DNA from: an uncultured Clostridia bacterium
Lineage (GTDB): Bacteria > Bacillota > Clostridia > Christensenellales > UBA1242
Assembly (NCBI GenBank): GCA_934772045.1
Contig: CAKVMH010000002.1
Span: forward strand, 91,062-155,061
Direction: 5' to 3'
DNA length: 64,000 bases
Below are positions 1-7,723 of this stretch, one piece after another (positions within the stretch are counted from its first letter, which is position 1; each line of letters starts with the position of its first letter). The notes under the pieces are model-generated. The model saw nothing but the letters and a program-made list of their open reading frames with translations. It searched no databases and was not told the DNA's origin. The position numbers were made by a program, and so were the translations under genes.

Positions 1-509
1 ATTTTTTTAACGTAATCATCGGTTTCGTTAAAAGGAATTTTCGTTAAAGTTTTTCCATCATTCGAATAGTTTATATTTTTTAACCATGCGCGAACATTTG
101 TTTCTCCCGCATTGTAACTGGCAATTGCAGTTGTGAAATTATCAAATTTTTTAAACAAATAATTCAAATACATGCAACCAAAATATAAGTTTTTATTAAC
201 ATCATAAAGTTCATTTTCAGTTATTGTCGTGTTTAATTTATAAAACTCAATCATGTACTCAGCGGTTGAAAGTTTGATTTGCATTAAGCCTATCGCGTTT
301 TTGCTTGACCTTGCATTTTGGTTGTATGAACTTTCAGTGTTAATTAAACTTGCAACAAGGGCAGGGGAAAGGTTGAATTCGTTGGCATATGTTTCAATTT
401 GGTTTTTGAATTTAACCGGGTGCAATTTTGCCTGTATTATTAAACCGCCGATTAGTGTAATTACTAATATTAAGATGGTGCATATAATTGCTGGTACAAA
501 TTTTTTCAT
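1..509 (-). CDS. Lytic transglycosylase (SLT domain), N-terminal membrane anchor; 3' end runs off the window
   Basis: Absent from the ORF track because it has no in-window stop. Reverse-strand translation from ATG at 509-507 gives MKKFVPAIICTILILVITLIGG (TM), then LINTESSYNQNARSSKNAIGLMQI and AIASYNAGETNV. These are the ES / GLMQ / AYNAG motifs of family-1 SLT enzymes. Track ORF 253..534 (+) is its antisense shadow. Confidence 0.75.
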   Translation of the reverse strand, partial: MKKFVPAIICTILILVITLIGGLIIQAKLHPVKFKNQIETYANEFNLSPALVASLINTESSYNQNARSSKNAIGLMQIKLSTAEYMIEFYKLNTTITENELYDVNKNLYFGCMYLNYLFKKFDNFTTAIASYNAGETNVRAWLKNINYSNDGKTLTKIPFNETDDYVKK

Positions 510-535
510 AATATATTATATGCAATTTAGTTAAA

Positions 536-1741
536 TTAAAAACTTTCGTAATCTTTTGCAAATGTAATTATATTGTCGCCAAATTTGGTTTTAAGGTTGT
601 CAATTGTGTGGCATAGATTTTCATTCTTTTGGTTGGTGAACAAATTAACTTGGTGTTCATCTTTACTGGTTATTAGGTTTGTAACTGAAATTCTAAGTGC
701 GCGTACAGGTGGAAATTTCGTGCCGGCAAGGCATACAAAAATTTCATAAGCGAAATTAAAAATATCTTGTTCATTGCTAAAATACACATTTTTAGTATGC
801 TGTGCTGAAGAGTAAGTAAAATCTGCAAATTTAATGCCCAAATGTATTGTTTTTGCGCTGAAACCATGTTGACGCATACGCTTTGAAACTTTGCTTGCTA
901 AATCGTGTAGAAAGAATTTGATTTCATCAATTTCTGTCATGTCGTGTACGGCGGTTGAACCATTACCAACACTTTTCGTGTCCTCGTCTTTTGGTGTGAT
1001 TAATTTGTCGTCATCTGTGCCGGTGACTGCGTTGTGCAAATACGCGCCAATCACACCAAAATGCAATTGCAAAAACTCTGGTGTTAGGCAGTATAAGTCA
1101 TAAAGGGTGTTAACATTCATTTTCCTAAGTTTGCTTGCTGTGTGTTTGCCAATCATTATCATGTCATCGATTTTTGTTTGTTTTAATATTGGTATTAGAT
1201 TGTTGTGTGTAATCTCGGTTAAACCCATAGGTTTTCGCATATCACTGCCCAGTTTTGCCAAAGTCTTTCCCCATGAAATGCCTATTGAAACGGAAAGCCC
1301 TAATTCATCTTTAATTTGCTTTTGTATCTTTAAAGCCAACTCACGCGCGGTGCAGTTAAACAACTTCAAACTGCCAGTTACATCTAGCCAACATTCGTCA
1401 ATCCCAAACGGCTCAATCAGGTCGGTGTATTGATAATAAATTGCATGCGCGCGTTCGCTAAATTCTTGATATTTATCATGCTTTGGGGCAACGCAAATAA
1501 GGCTGGGACATTTTAATTTTGCTTCCCAAATTGCTTCGCCAGTTTTAACGCCAAATGCTTTTGCTAAATAATTTTTTGCCAGTATTATGCCTGTGCGTTT
1601 TTTAGGGTCACCGGCAACTGCTACGGCATAATTTTTTAATGCTGGGTTTAATAAACATTCAACCGATGCGTAAAAGTTATTGCAATCTACATGAAAAATC
1701 ACTCTGTCCATACATAAGTCCTTTTCAATATTATAGAACAT
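536..1741 (-). CDS. dinB: DNA polymerase IV (Y-family translesion polymerase)
   Basis: N-terminus VIFHVDCNNFYASVECLLNPALKNYAVAVAGDP is the canonical DinB/UmuC start. 401 aa is the typical length. Confidence 0.9.
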   Translation of the reverse strand: MFYNIEKDLCMDRVIFHVDCNNFYASVECLLNPALKNYAVAVAGDPKKRTGIILAKNYLAKAFGVKTGEAIWEAKLKCPSLICVAPKHDKYQEFSERAHAIYYQYTDLIEPFGIDECWLDVTGSLKLFNCTARELALKIQKQIKDELGLSVSIGISWGKTLAKLGSDMRKPMGLTEITHNNLIPILKQTKIDDMIMIGKHTASKLRKMNVNTLYDLYCLTPEFLQLHFGVIGAYLHNAVTGTDDDKLITPKDEDTKSVGNGSTAVHDMTEIDEIKFFLHDLASKVSKRMRQHGFSAKTIHLGIKFADFTYSSAQHTKNVYFSNEQDIFNFAYEIFVCLAGTKFPPVRALRISVTNLITSKDEHQVNLFTNQKNENLCHTIDNLKTKFGDNIITFAKDYESF

Positions 1742-1879
1742 ATGTTCGACAATGTCAACAATATCTTAAAAGATTTTTTTCATCAAAATAATTTTGAAAA
1801 CATAAAAAACAAACTGATAAATATGGCAAAAATGCCGTTTTAAATTGACTAAATTAAAATAAAATGTTAGCATCGCACT

Positions 1880-2467
1880 ATGGAAACAGTTAGATTTATT
1901 AATGTTAAATTTATAAAGAGTGCAAGCAAAAAGGCTGAATTTATTGAAGATGAATTGCCACAAATTGCCATTGTTGGGCGTAGTAATGTTGGTAAAAGCA
2001 GTTTAATAAACATGCTTACGTGTAACAGCAAAATGGCAAAAACAAGTTCGACACCTGGCAGAACAAGGTTAGTAAATTATTTCAATGTAAACAATCAATT
2101 TTATTTGGTTGACTTGCCTGGCTATGGTTTTAATAAGGCGGGTAAAGGTGTGGCTTCTGTTTGGGATAGTGTTATGAACGATTATTTTGTTGACAATAAA
2201 AAACTTAAACTTGTTATGGTTTTGTTGGATAGTAGGTTAATGCCTACTGCGCTTGATAAGCAAATGATTGATTATTTAGCGACAAATGAATTGCCTTCAA
2301 TTTTGGTGCTTACAAAGGCAGATAAAATTTCAAAAAGTGAACAAAATATCCAAATAAAAAAGGTCGCTGAAAGTTTGCGGTTCAACCCTAATTTAATTAT
2401 CCCAACAAGTTCAAGCAAAAAATTAGGGGCGGACAAAATTGCAGAAATTTTAAAAAATTATTTATAA
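1880..2467 (+). CDS. engB: Ribosome biogenesis GTPase YihA/YsxC
   Basis: P-loop GRSNVGKSSLIN, G3 DLPGYG, G4 TKADK. 195 aa fits EngB. Confidence 0.9.
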   Translation: METVRFINVKFIKSASKKAEFIEDELPQIAIVGRSNVGKSSLINMLTCNSKMAKTSSTPGRTRLVNYFNVNNQFYLVDLPGYGFNKAGKGVASVWDSVMNDYFVDNKKLKLVMVLLDSRLMPTALDKQMIDYLATNELPSILVLTKADKISKSEQNIQIKKVAESLRFNPNLIIPTSSSKKLGADKIAEILKNYL

Positions 2468-2644
2468 ATCATGTAAAAATCATTAAAAACGCCACAAAAA
2501 TGGTGTTTTTTAATAAAATTTTTAGAAATTTGAGTGATTTCTATTAATCTTATTAGAAAACCTACTTATTCAGTATTATTTAAAAATAGGAAAATTTTTA
2601 TTATTGCGTAAATTGTGGTTAAAAATTTTAACAATTGTAAAATA

Positions 2645-2707
2645 TTATGTTAAAATTTTGACTAATCGTCAAAAATTATGCTAAAGATTTTGACTGATCG
2701 TCAAAAA
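2645..2707. promoter_or_regulatory. Two tandem 31/32-bp repeats, each with a 19-bp palindrome TTTTGAC-N5-GTCAAAA (candidate operator pair)
   Basis: TTTTGACTAATCGTCAAAA at 2656-2674 and TTTTGACTGATCGTCAAAA at 2688-2706, spaced 32 bp. A third unit starts at 2708. They lie 40-90 bp upstream of the ATG at 2746. Confidence 0.4.
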
Positions 2708-2745
2708 TTATGTTAAGATAAAAACATATTTAAGGGGGAATAATA

Positions 2746-3804
2746 ATGAAACAAACAAAAGTTGTTCAAATTGGTTGTGGCAAAATGAGCAAGTACACAA
2801 TGCGCTATGTTTATGAAAAAGGCGGTGTTGTACTTGCAGGTTTTGACATTAATAAAAAATTAATTGGTAAAGATATCAAAGCTGTAATTGGTGGCAAAAA
2901 AGATTATGGTGCTAAAATTTATGATGTGCAAGAATTGGAAGCACAACTTAAAATTTTAAAACCAGATGTTGCAATTGTTACAACCATGAGTTTGATGACA
3001 GACTGTATTGATGTACTTATGATTTGTGCAAAATGTGGCGTTAACGCTATCACCACTTGTGAAGAAGCATTTTATCCAAGCAACAGCGCAAAGAAACTTA
3101 CCGCTAAGCTTGACAAACTTGCCAAAGCAAACAAATGCACCATTACTGGTTCAGGTTATCAAGATTTCAGTTGGGGTAGCATGGTTGCAGGTTTGGCAGG
3201 CACCAGTCAATCAATTAAAAAGATTAAAGGTAAATCAAGTTACAACGTTGAAGATTACGGCATTGCATTGGCGCAAGTCCATGGCGCAGGTTTAACACCA
3301 AAAGAATTTGAAGAAAAAATCGTGCCAGCAAATTGCGTGTCTTATGAAGAAAGCCAAGCTTTAATTGCAAAAGGTGAATTTTTACCATCATACATGTGGA
3401 ATGTTAATGGTTGGCTTTGCGAATGTTTAGGTTTGCATGTTGTTAGTCAATCACAAAAATGTGTTGCTCAAAAAGCAAAAGCGGACATTAAATCATCAAC
3501 ACTCAACATGGTGGTTAAAAAAGGTCATTGCACAGGTATGAGCGCGGTTGTCACAACCGAAACAAAAGAAGGCATCACAATTGAAAGTGAATGTATTGGT
3601 AAGGTTTACGCACCAGATGAATTCGACCAAAACGAATGGTCAATTATTGGTGAACCAAACACCACTATTACAGTTTCACGCCCATCGACTGTTGAATTGA
3701 CTTGTGCATCAGTTGTTAACCGCATTCCAGACCTTATTAAAGCAGAACCTGGTTATGTGCCAACATGCAGAATGGGTGACATCACATTTAAGACAAAAAT
3801 CTAA
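2746..3804 (+). CDS. NAD(P)-binding oxidoreductase, DapB-like / amine dehydrogenase (2,4-diaminopentanoate dehydrogenase-like) family
   Basis: N-terminal Rossmann motif VVQIGCGKMS. Length of about 350 aa and general resemblance to DapB N-domain amine dehydrogenases, from memory only. RBS AAGGGGG lies upstream. Confidence 0.45.
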   Translation: MKQTKVVQIGCGKMSKYTMRYVYEKGGVVLAGFDINKKLIGKDIKAVIGGKKDYGAKIYDVQELEAQLKILKPDVAIVTTMSLMTDCIDVLMICAKCGVNAITTCEEAFYPSNSAKKLTAKLDKLAKANKCTITGSGYQDFSWGSMVAGLAGTSQSIKKIKGKSSYNVEDYGIALAQVHGAGLTPKEFEEKIVPANCVSYEESQALIAKGEFLPSYMWNVNGWLCECLGLHVVSQSQKCVAQKAKADIKSSTLNMVVKKGHCTGMSAVVTTETKEGITIESECIGKVYAPDEFDQNEWSIIGEPNTTITVSRPSTVELTCASVVNRIPDLIKAEPGYVPTCRMGDITFKTKI

Positions 3805-3824
3805 TTTAACTTTTTTGTATTGAA

Positions 3825-3854
3825 AAACGATAATCAACAATAGTCATCGTTTTA
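3825..3854 (+). terminator. Intrinsic terminator after the oxidoreductase gene
   Basis: AAACGAT / ATCGTTT stem followed by a T-run. Confidence 0.5.
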
Positions 3855-3893
3855 TTGAATGAATATATAAATTTTTTGCTGAAACATTGAAAG

Positions 3894-3924
3894 AAAAAAG
3901 TCCCTAGTAACATAGGGGCTTTTT
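3894..3924. terminator. Bidirectional intrinsic terminator between convergent genes
   Basis: A-run, AGTCCCTA-gtaaca-TAGGGGCT stem (one G-U pair), then a T-run. Confidence 0.6.
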
Positions 3925-3930
3925 GATTGT

Positions 3931-3987
3931 GACTAACAAGAAACCAAATTTATGAGTGCCAGCGAAATAAATTGGTTTATTATTTTT
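3931..3987 (-). repeat. Stop-codon-adjacent hairpin repeat, copy R1
   Basis: AACCAAATTTAT-gagtgccagcgaa-ATAAATTGGTT. Same family as 38818..38975 and 46519..46571. Lies 2 nt from the TAG of tail copy 1. Confidence 0.7.
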
Positions 3988-3989
3988 GT

Positions 3990-4040
3990 CTATCTCGCAT
4001 TCTGCGATTGCGGGCTAACTGCCGTAGGATATAGTGGCAA
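3990..4040 (-). pseudogene. Displaced copy 1 of the last 16 codons plus stop of CDS 4184..4849
   Basis: Reverse strand reads LPLYPTAVSPQSQNAR-TAG. It differs from the intact tail at 4 nt, all at third codon positions (AGG>AGA, CAG>CAA, AGT>AGC, TAA>TAG). No start codon or RBS. Confidence 0.8.
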
Positions 4041-4084
4041 AGAAAGATTAAAATCTTTGCTTAACCTTTGGTACCGCCTAGCGT

Positions 4085-4129
4085 TTATCTCGCATTCTGT
4101 GACTGCGGGCTAACCGCTGTCGGATACAA
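4085..4129 (-). pseudogene. Displaced copy 2 of the last 14 codons plus stop of CDS 4184..4849
   Basis: Reverse strand reads LYPTAVSPQSQNAR-TAA, in frame with the intact gene (99 nt apart, two stops between). There are 6 nt differences, all synonymous third positions. Confidence 0.8.
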
Positions 4130-4183
4130 AACAAAGTATGTTTCGTAAAACTCAACATATTTGTCTGACTATATCTCCGTCAG

Positions 4184-4849
4184 TTACCTCGCATTCTGCG
4201 ACTGCGGACTAACTGCCGTAGGATATAGTGGCAAATCGAACACGCCTGGGCAGACGTCGCCACCTGTGTATGGTGTGCATGGTGGGATTGGGCAATAGCC
4301 ATAACTTGGCACCAAAACATCTACATCGGCAACAACTTTTAAGATAGTGCTTACGCATGCGTTGATAGTAAATCCACCGGTGGTTGCATTGTATGTACCT
4401 GCAGAAATAACTGCTGTACCAAATGCAACAACTTCAATAGGTGTTAATGATGGTTGTGGCACATACAAAATAACATCTTGTGGTAAACTAATTGTGCCAG
4501 TAGCAGTGCCTGCCACATTGTTAGCATCTGTGTATGTAACTGTTACAGGAACATTGATTGTGGCTTGAACACGTGCAAAATTTGGTCTGTCGTCAAAGCG
4601 AGTGATGTTGACATTGCTAACAGTTGCCTTGCCACCAAGTGAATTTCCACTTACAAATGTTAATGGGCGGGTTGGATTGGCTGGATTTAAATCTGTAAGT
4701 GCCAAAGCATAATCTTCTAATTGAGTTTGGTTCATACAAGCGTCAAACACTTTGGTTACTTGTATACAAATTCTTTCGCAAAGCCCATTTGTAACATTGT
4801 TCGTCTGTCCAGGGAATATGCCCGGACGCGAATCAGTATAAAATGACAT
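4184..4849 (-). CDS. Hypothetical Cys-rich protein with a T/V/N-rich beta-type core (possible spore-surface structural protein)
   Basis: 221-aa ORF with a strong RBS (AGGAGGTAAAAATG). Cys clusters GLCERICIQVTKVFDAC (N-terminal) and YGYCPIPPCTPYTGGDVCPG (C-terminal). No signal peptide. No family assigned with confidence. Confidence 0.7.
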   Translation of the reverse strand: MSFYTDSRPGIFPGQTNNVTNGLCERICIQVTKVFDACMNQTQLEDYALALTDLNPANPTRPLTFVSGNSLGGKATVSNVNITRFDDRPNFARVQATINVPVTVTYTDANNVAGTATGTISLPQDVILYVPQPSLTPIEVVAFGTAVISAGTYNATTGGFTINACVSTILKVVADVDVLVPSYGYCPIPPCTPYTGGDVCPGVFDLPLYPTAVSPQSQNAR

Positions 4850-5154
4850 TTTTACCTCCTAAATTACTACTATATTTTATTCACACAAATAAAAAAATGT
4901 TAAAAATTGCTTTAATTTGTTAGTTTTGTGCTGTTTAATTTGACACATTTTTTGAATTTTGCTATTGTATTAATACAAAGTATTAACTTTGGGTTTTTGC
5001 GCGTTTTGTTTAAGTTTGGCTCAACACGATTTGCAAATTAAAAGGTTGGCTTATAAAACAATACAAAGTTCGCATTTTAAATTAATGTTCACATTTTTAA
5101 ATAGGAACTTCAATTTAAACCAACACAAATTGCTCAAACATTAAAAGGAAATGT

Positions 5155-5850
5155 ATGAAAATTTATTCAATAAGTGACCTTCATCTTGACATAAACAACA
5201 CCAAACCGATGAATGTTTTTGGGCATGTTTGGGACGATTACATAACTAAAATTGTTGCCGATTGGAACGAAAAAGTCACCGATGACGACATTGTTATCCT
5301 TGCAGGCGATTATTCATGGGCAATGAAACTTGAAGATGTTGTGCCAGATTTCAATTGGTTAACAACCTTGAAAGGCACAAAAATTATCATTCGTGGCAAT
5401 CACGACTATTGGTGGCACAGCGTAAGCAAAGTGCGCGCAGTGTTGCCGGAAAATGTTTATGCTTTGCAAAATGACGCAATTAAAATTGGCAATTACATCT
5501 TTTGTGGCAACCGCGGTTGGTTAATACCAGAAGGGAAGAATAAGACAGACGAAAATGATAAAATTTATGCGCGTGAGTTGATAAGGTTGGACCTTTCATT
5601 AAAAAGCGCACAGGCAATGCGGACGGATAATGAACAAATTATTTACATTACACATTATCCACCATTTAATAATAAAGTGGAGCCAAATGAATTCACTAAA
5701 ATGATTGAAAATGCTGGTGTGTCGATTTGCGTTTTTGCCCACCTACATGGCTACATTAACCCAAACATGATGTATAACGAAATAAATGGCGTGAAGTACT
5801 ATTTAACAAGTTGCGACGCTTTAAAAAATAAATTGATTGAAATTGTTTAA
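5155..5850 (+). CDS. Metallophosphoesterase (calcineurin-like phosphohydrolase)
   Basis: Motifs SDLHLD, GDYSW, GNHDYWW, THYPP, AHLHG. Confidence 0.85.
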   Translation: MKIYSISDLHLDINNTKPMNVFGHVWDDYITKIVADWNEKVTDDDIVILAGDYSWAMKLEDVVPDFNWLTTLKGTKIIIRGNHDYWWHSVSKVRAVLPENVYALQNDAIKIGNYIFCGNRGWLIPEGKNKTDENDKIYARELIRLDLSLKSAQAMRTDNEQIIYITHYPPFNNKVEPNEFTKMIENAGVSICVFAHLHGYINPNMMYNEINGVKYYLTSCDALKNKLIEIV

Positions 5851-5898
5851 ACGCACCTTATGTGTGCTTTGTAAACCGGTTAAAATAAAAAGGAATAT

Positions 5899-6828
5899 AT
5901 GGAATTTAAACACATCTCAGTTTTGAAACAAGAAAGCATTGAAGGGCTTAACATTAAGCCTGATGGTGTTTATGTGGACTGCACAACTGGTGGTGGCGGA
6001 CATTCACTTGAAATTGCAAAAAGGTTAACAACAGGCAGGCTGATTTGTATAGATAAAGACACCGATGCTTTGCAGTCCGCACGTGAGCGTTTGGCAGGTT
6101 TTTTAAACAAAATCACATTTGTTAACGACAACTTTGCCAACATCGATCAAATTTTACAAGACCTTCAAATTGAAAGTGTTGACGGCGTTTTAGCCGACCT
6201 TGGCGTTAGCAGTTATCAAATTGACACTGCATCGCGCGGGTTTAGTTTCATGAAGGACGCAAGGCTAGACATGCGCATGAATAAAACCCAAAAATTGGAC
6301 GCAATGCAAGTGGTTAACAATTATAGCGAAGCCGAACTGTCACGCATTTTGTTTGAATATGGGGAAGAGCGTAACGCTCGCCAAATTGCAAGGAAAATTG
6401 TTAAACAGCGTGCAACAAAACCTATTACAACAACATTTGAATTGCGCGATATTGTCGTTTCAAGTTATCCACCAAAATTTCAGGGGAAAGCAAGCCTATG
6501 TAATAAGGCGTTTCAAGCAATACGCATTGAAGTGAACAATGAATTGAATGATTTAACTTCGTCAATTGAAAAAATGTTGCAAGTTTTGGCTAAATTTGGT
6601 AGACTTTGTATAATAACTTTCCACCCATTGGAAGATAGAATTGTTAAAAATGCCTTCAAATTGCACGCGACAGATTGCATATGCCCACCACATATGCCAA
6701 AATGTGTTTGCGGGCATAAGGCGGACATCAAATTGATTACGCGTCACCCAATCGTGCCAACTGATAATGAATTGCTTGCAAATTCGCGCGCAGGCAGTGC
6801 AAAATTACGCATTGCTGAAAAGGTTTAA
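5899..6828 (+). CDS. rsmH: 16S rRNA (cytosine1402-N4)-methyltransferase
   Basis: HISVLKQE, DCTTGGGGHS, DLGVSSYQ, and position at the head of the dcw cluster. Confidence 0.95.
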   Translation: MEFKHISVLKQESIEGLNIKPDGVYVDCTTGGGGHSLEIAKRLTTGRLICIDKDTDALQSARERLAGFLNKITFVNDNFANIDQILQDLQIESVDGVLADLGVSSYQIDTASRGFSFMKDARLDMRMNKTQKLDAMQVVNNYSEAELSRILFEYGEERNARQIARKIVKQRATKPITTTFELRDIVVSSYPPKFQGKASLCNKAFQAIRIEVNNELNDLTSSIEKMLQVLAKFGRLCIITFHPLEDRIVKNAFKLHATDCICPPHMPKCVCGHKADIKLITRHPIVPTDNELLANSRAGSAKLRIAEKV

Positions 6829-6832
6829 TTAA

Positions 6833-7357
6833 ATGGAAGAATTGGAAAAACTTAACCAAACTGAAACAGTTACAGCAGTCGAGCAAGAACAAAAGCAAGA
6901 TTTAAAGCTCGACGATTTTCCACGCCTTGAAGACCTTATCAAAAGTGAACAAGAAATTAAACCAGAAATCAAACTACAAGGCTTAAAGTCTGCTGAGCCT
7001 AACACTCAGTTGGAAGATAGGCCATTCGCCTTAAAAAAGGACGAAAAGAAAAAGTTTGTTAAAAAGCGCCTAAAACTTGTTACAGGCGTATACATTGCAA
7101 TTGCCACATTGTTGCTTGGCTTTGTTGGCGTAAACATTGCAACTTTGGCAGTTTTGAATAAGAAAATTGACAATAACGTTAAAACCATTAGTGAAGAAAC
7201 TATCCGCATTGAAGAAAATAACACATCTTTGCCAGATAACCCTTTGACTGGCACAATTGAAATCGCATTGAACCAACCACGCGATTATAACGACGATAAC
7301 CATTCTTTAACATTGCTTGATAAACTTACAATTCTATTTAGAAGTTTATTTGGCTAA
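6833..7357 (+). CDS. FtsL-like single-pass membrane protein
   Basis: Sits between rsmH and the PBP. One TM (LVTGVYIAIATLLLGFVGVNIATLAVL) follows a charged N-terminus. No sequence-level identification. Confidence 0.5.
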   Translation: MEELEKLNQTETVTAVEQEQKQDLKLDDFPRLEDLIKSEQEIKPEIKLQGLKSAEPNTQLEDRPFALKKDEKKKFVKKRLKLVTGVYIAIATLLLGFVGVNIATLAVLNKKIDNNVKTISEETIRIEENNTSLPDNPLTGTIEIALNQPRDYNDDNHSLTLLDKLTILFRSLFG

Positions 7358-7362
7358 AATAT

Positions 7363-7410
7363 CACCCTAATTGTTTTTAAGCCTAAACGCAAAATTAGGG
7401 TGTTTTTTTT
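7363..7410 (+). terminator. Intrinsic terminator inside the dcw cluster
   Basis: CACCCTAATT ... AATTAGGGTG 10-bp stem followed by T8. Confidence 0.6.
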
Positions 7411-7426
7411 ATACAAAATTCCTGAT

Positions 7427-7631
7427 AAAACCCCGAGTGTTAGCAAATTAATAATATTAGAGTAATTTCACACTAAGTGTAAGCAAAAGACTGCTACACG
7501 TTCTTTTTATGTCACCCTGAGTGCTACAGAAAATAATTGCATAATCATTTATCACCCGTGTGTTGCAAAAGATTACTACTAGTTCTACTATATGTCACCC
7601 TGAGCAAAGCGAAGGGTCTTGCACGAAGTGC
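7427..7631 (+). repeat. Five degenerate tandem units (40-44 bp) of a TCACCCTGAG...GCAAAAGA hairpin-repeat family
   Basis: Units start near 7427, 7468, 7512, 7552 and 7595. The last unit, TGTCACCCTGAGCAAAGCGAAGGGTCTTGCACGAAGTGC, matches 34070..34128. Confidence 0.65.
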
Positions 7632-7723
7632 TTTTTAAGATTTTCTTTTTAAAAGCATAGTGACAAACAAAATGTAAGCAATCGATAAATTCTAAAAACA
7701 ATAAAACTAAAATATATTGCTTT

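Noticed and set aside
253-534. Track ORF (93 aa, +) at the left edge
   Set aside because: It lies fully antisense to the SLT transglycosylase reading frame, which has clear catalytic motifs. It has no RBS and a hydrophobic, nonsense-like composition.
3990-4234. Diversity-generating retroelement (TR/VR) explanation for the repeated C-terminal tails
   Set aside because: There is no reverse transcriptase or accessory gene in the window. Differences between copies are C/T and A/G transitions at synonymous sites, not adenine-specific non-synonymous changes.
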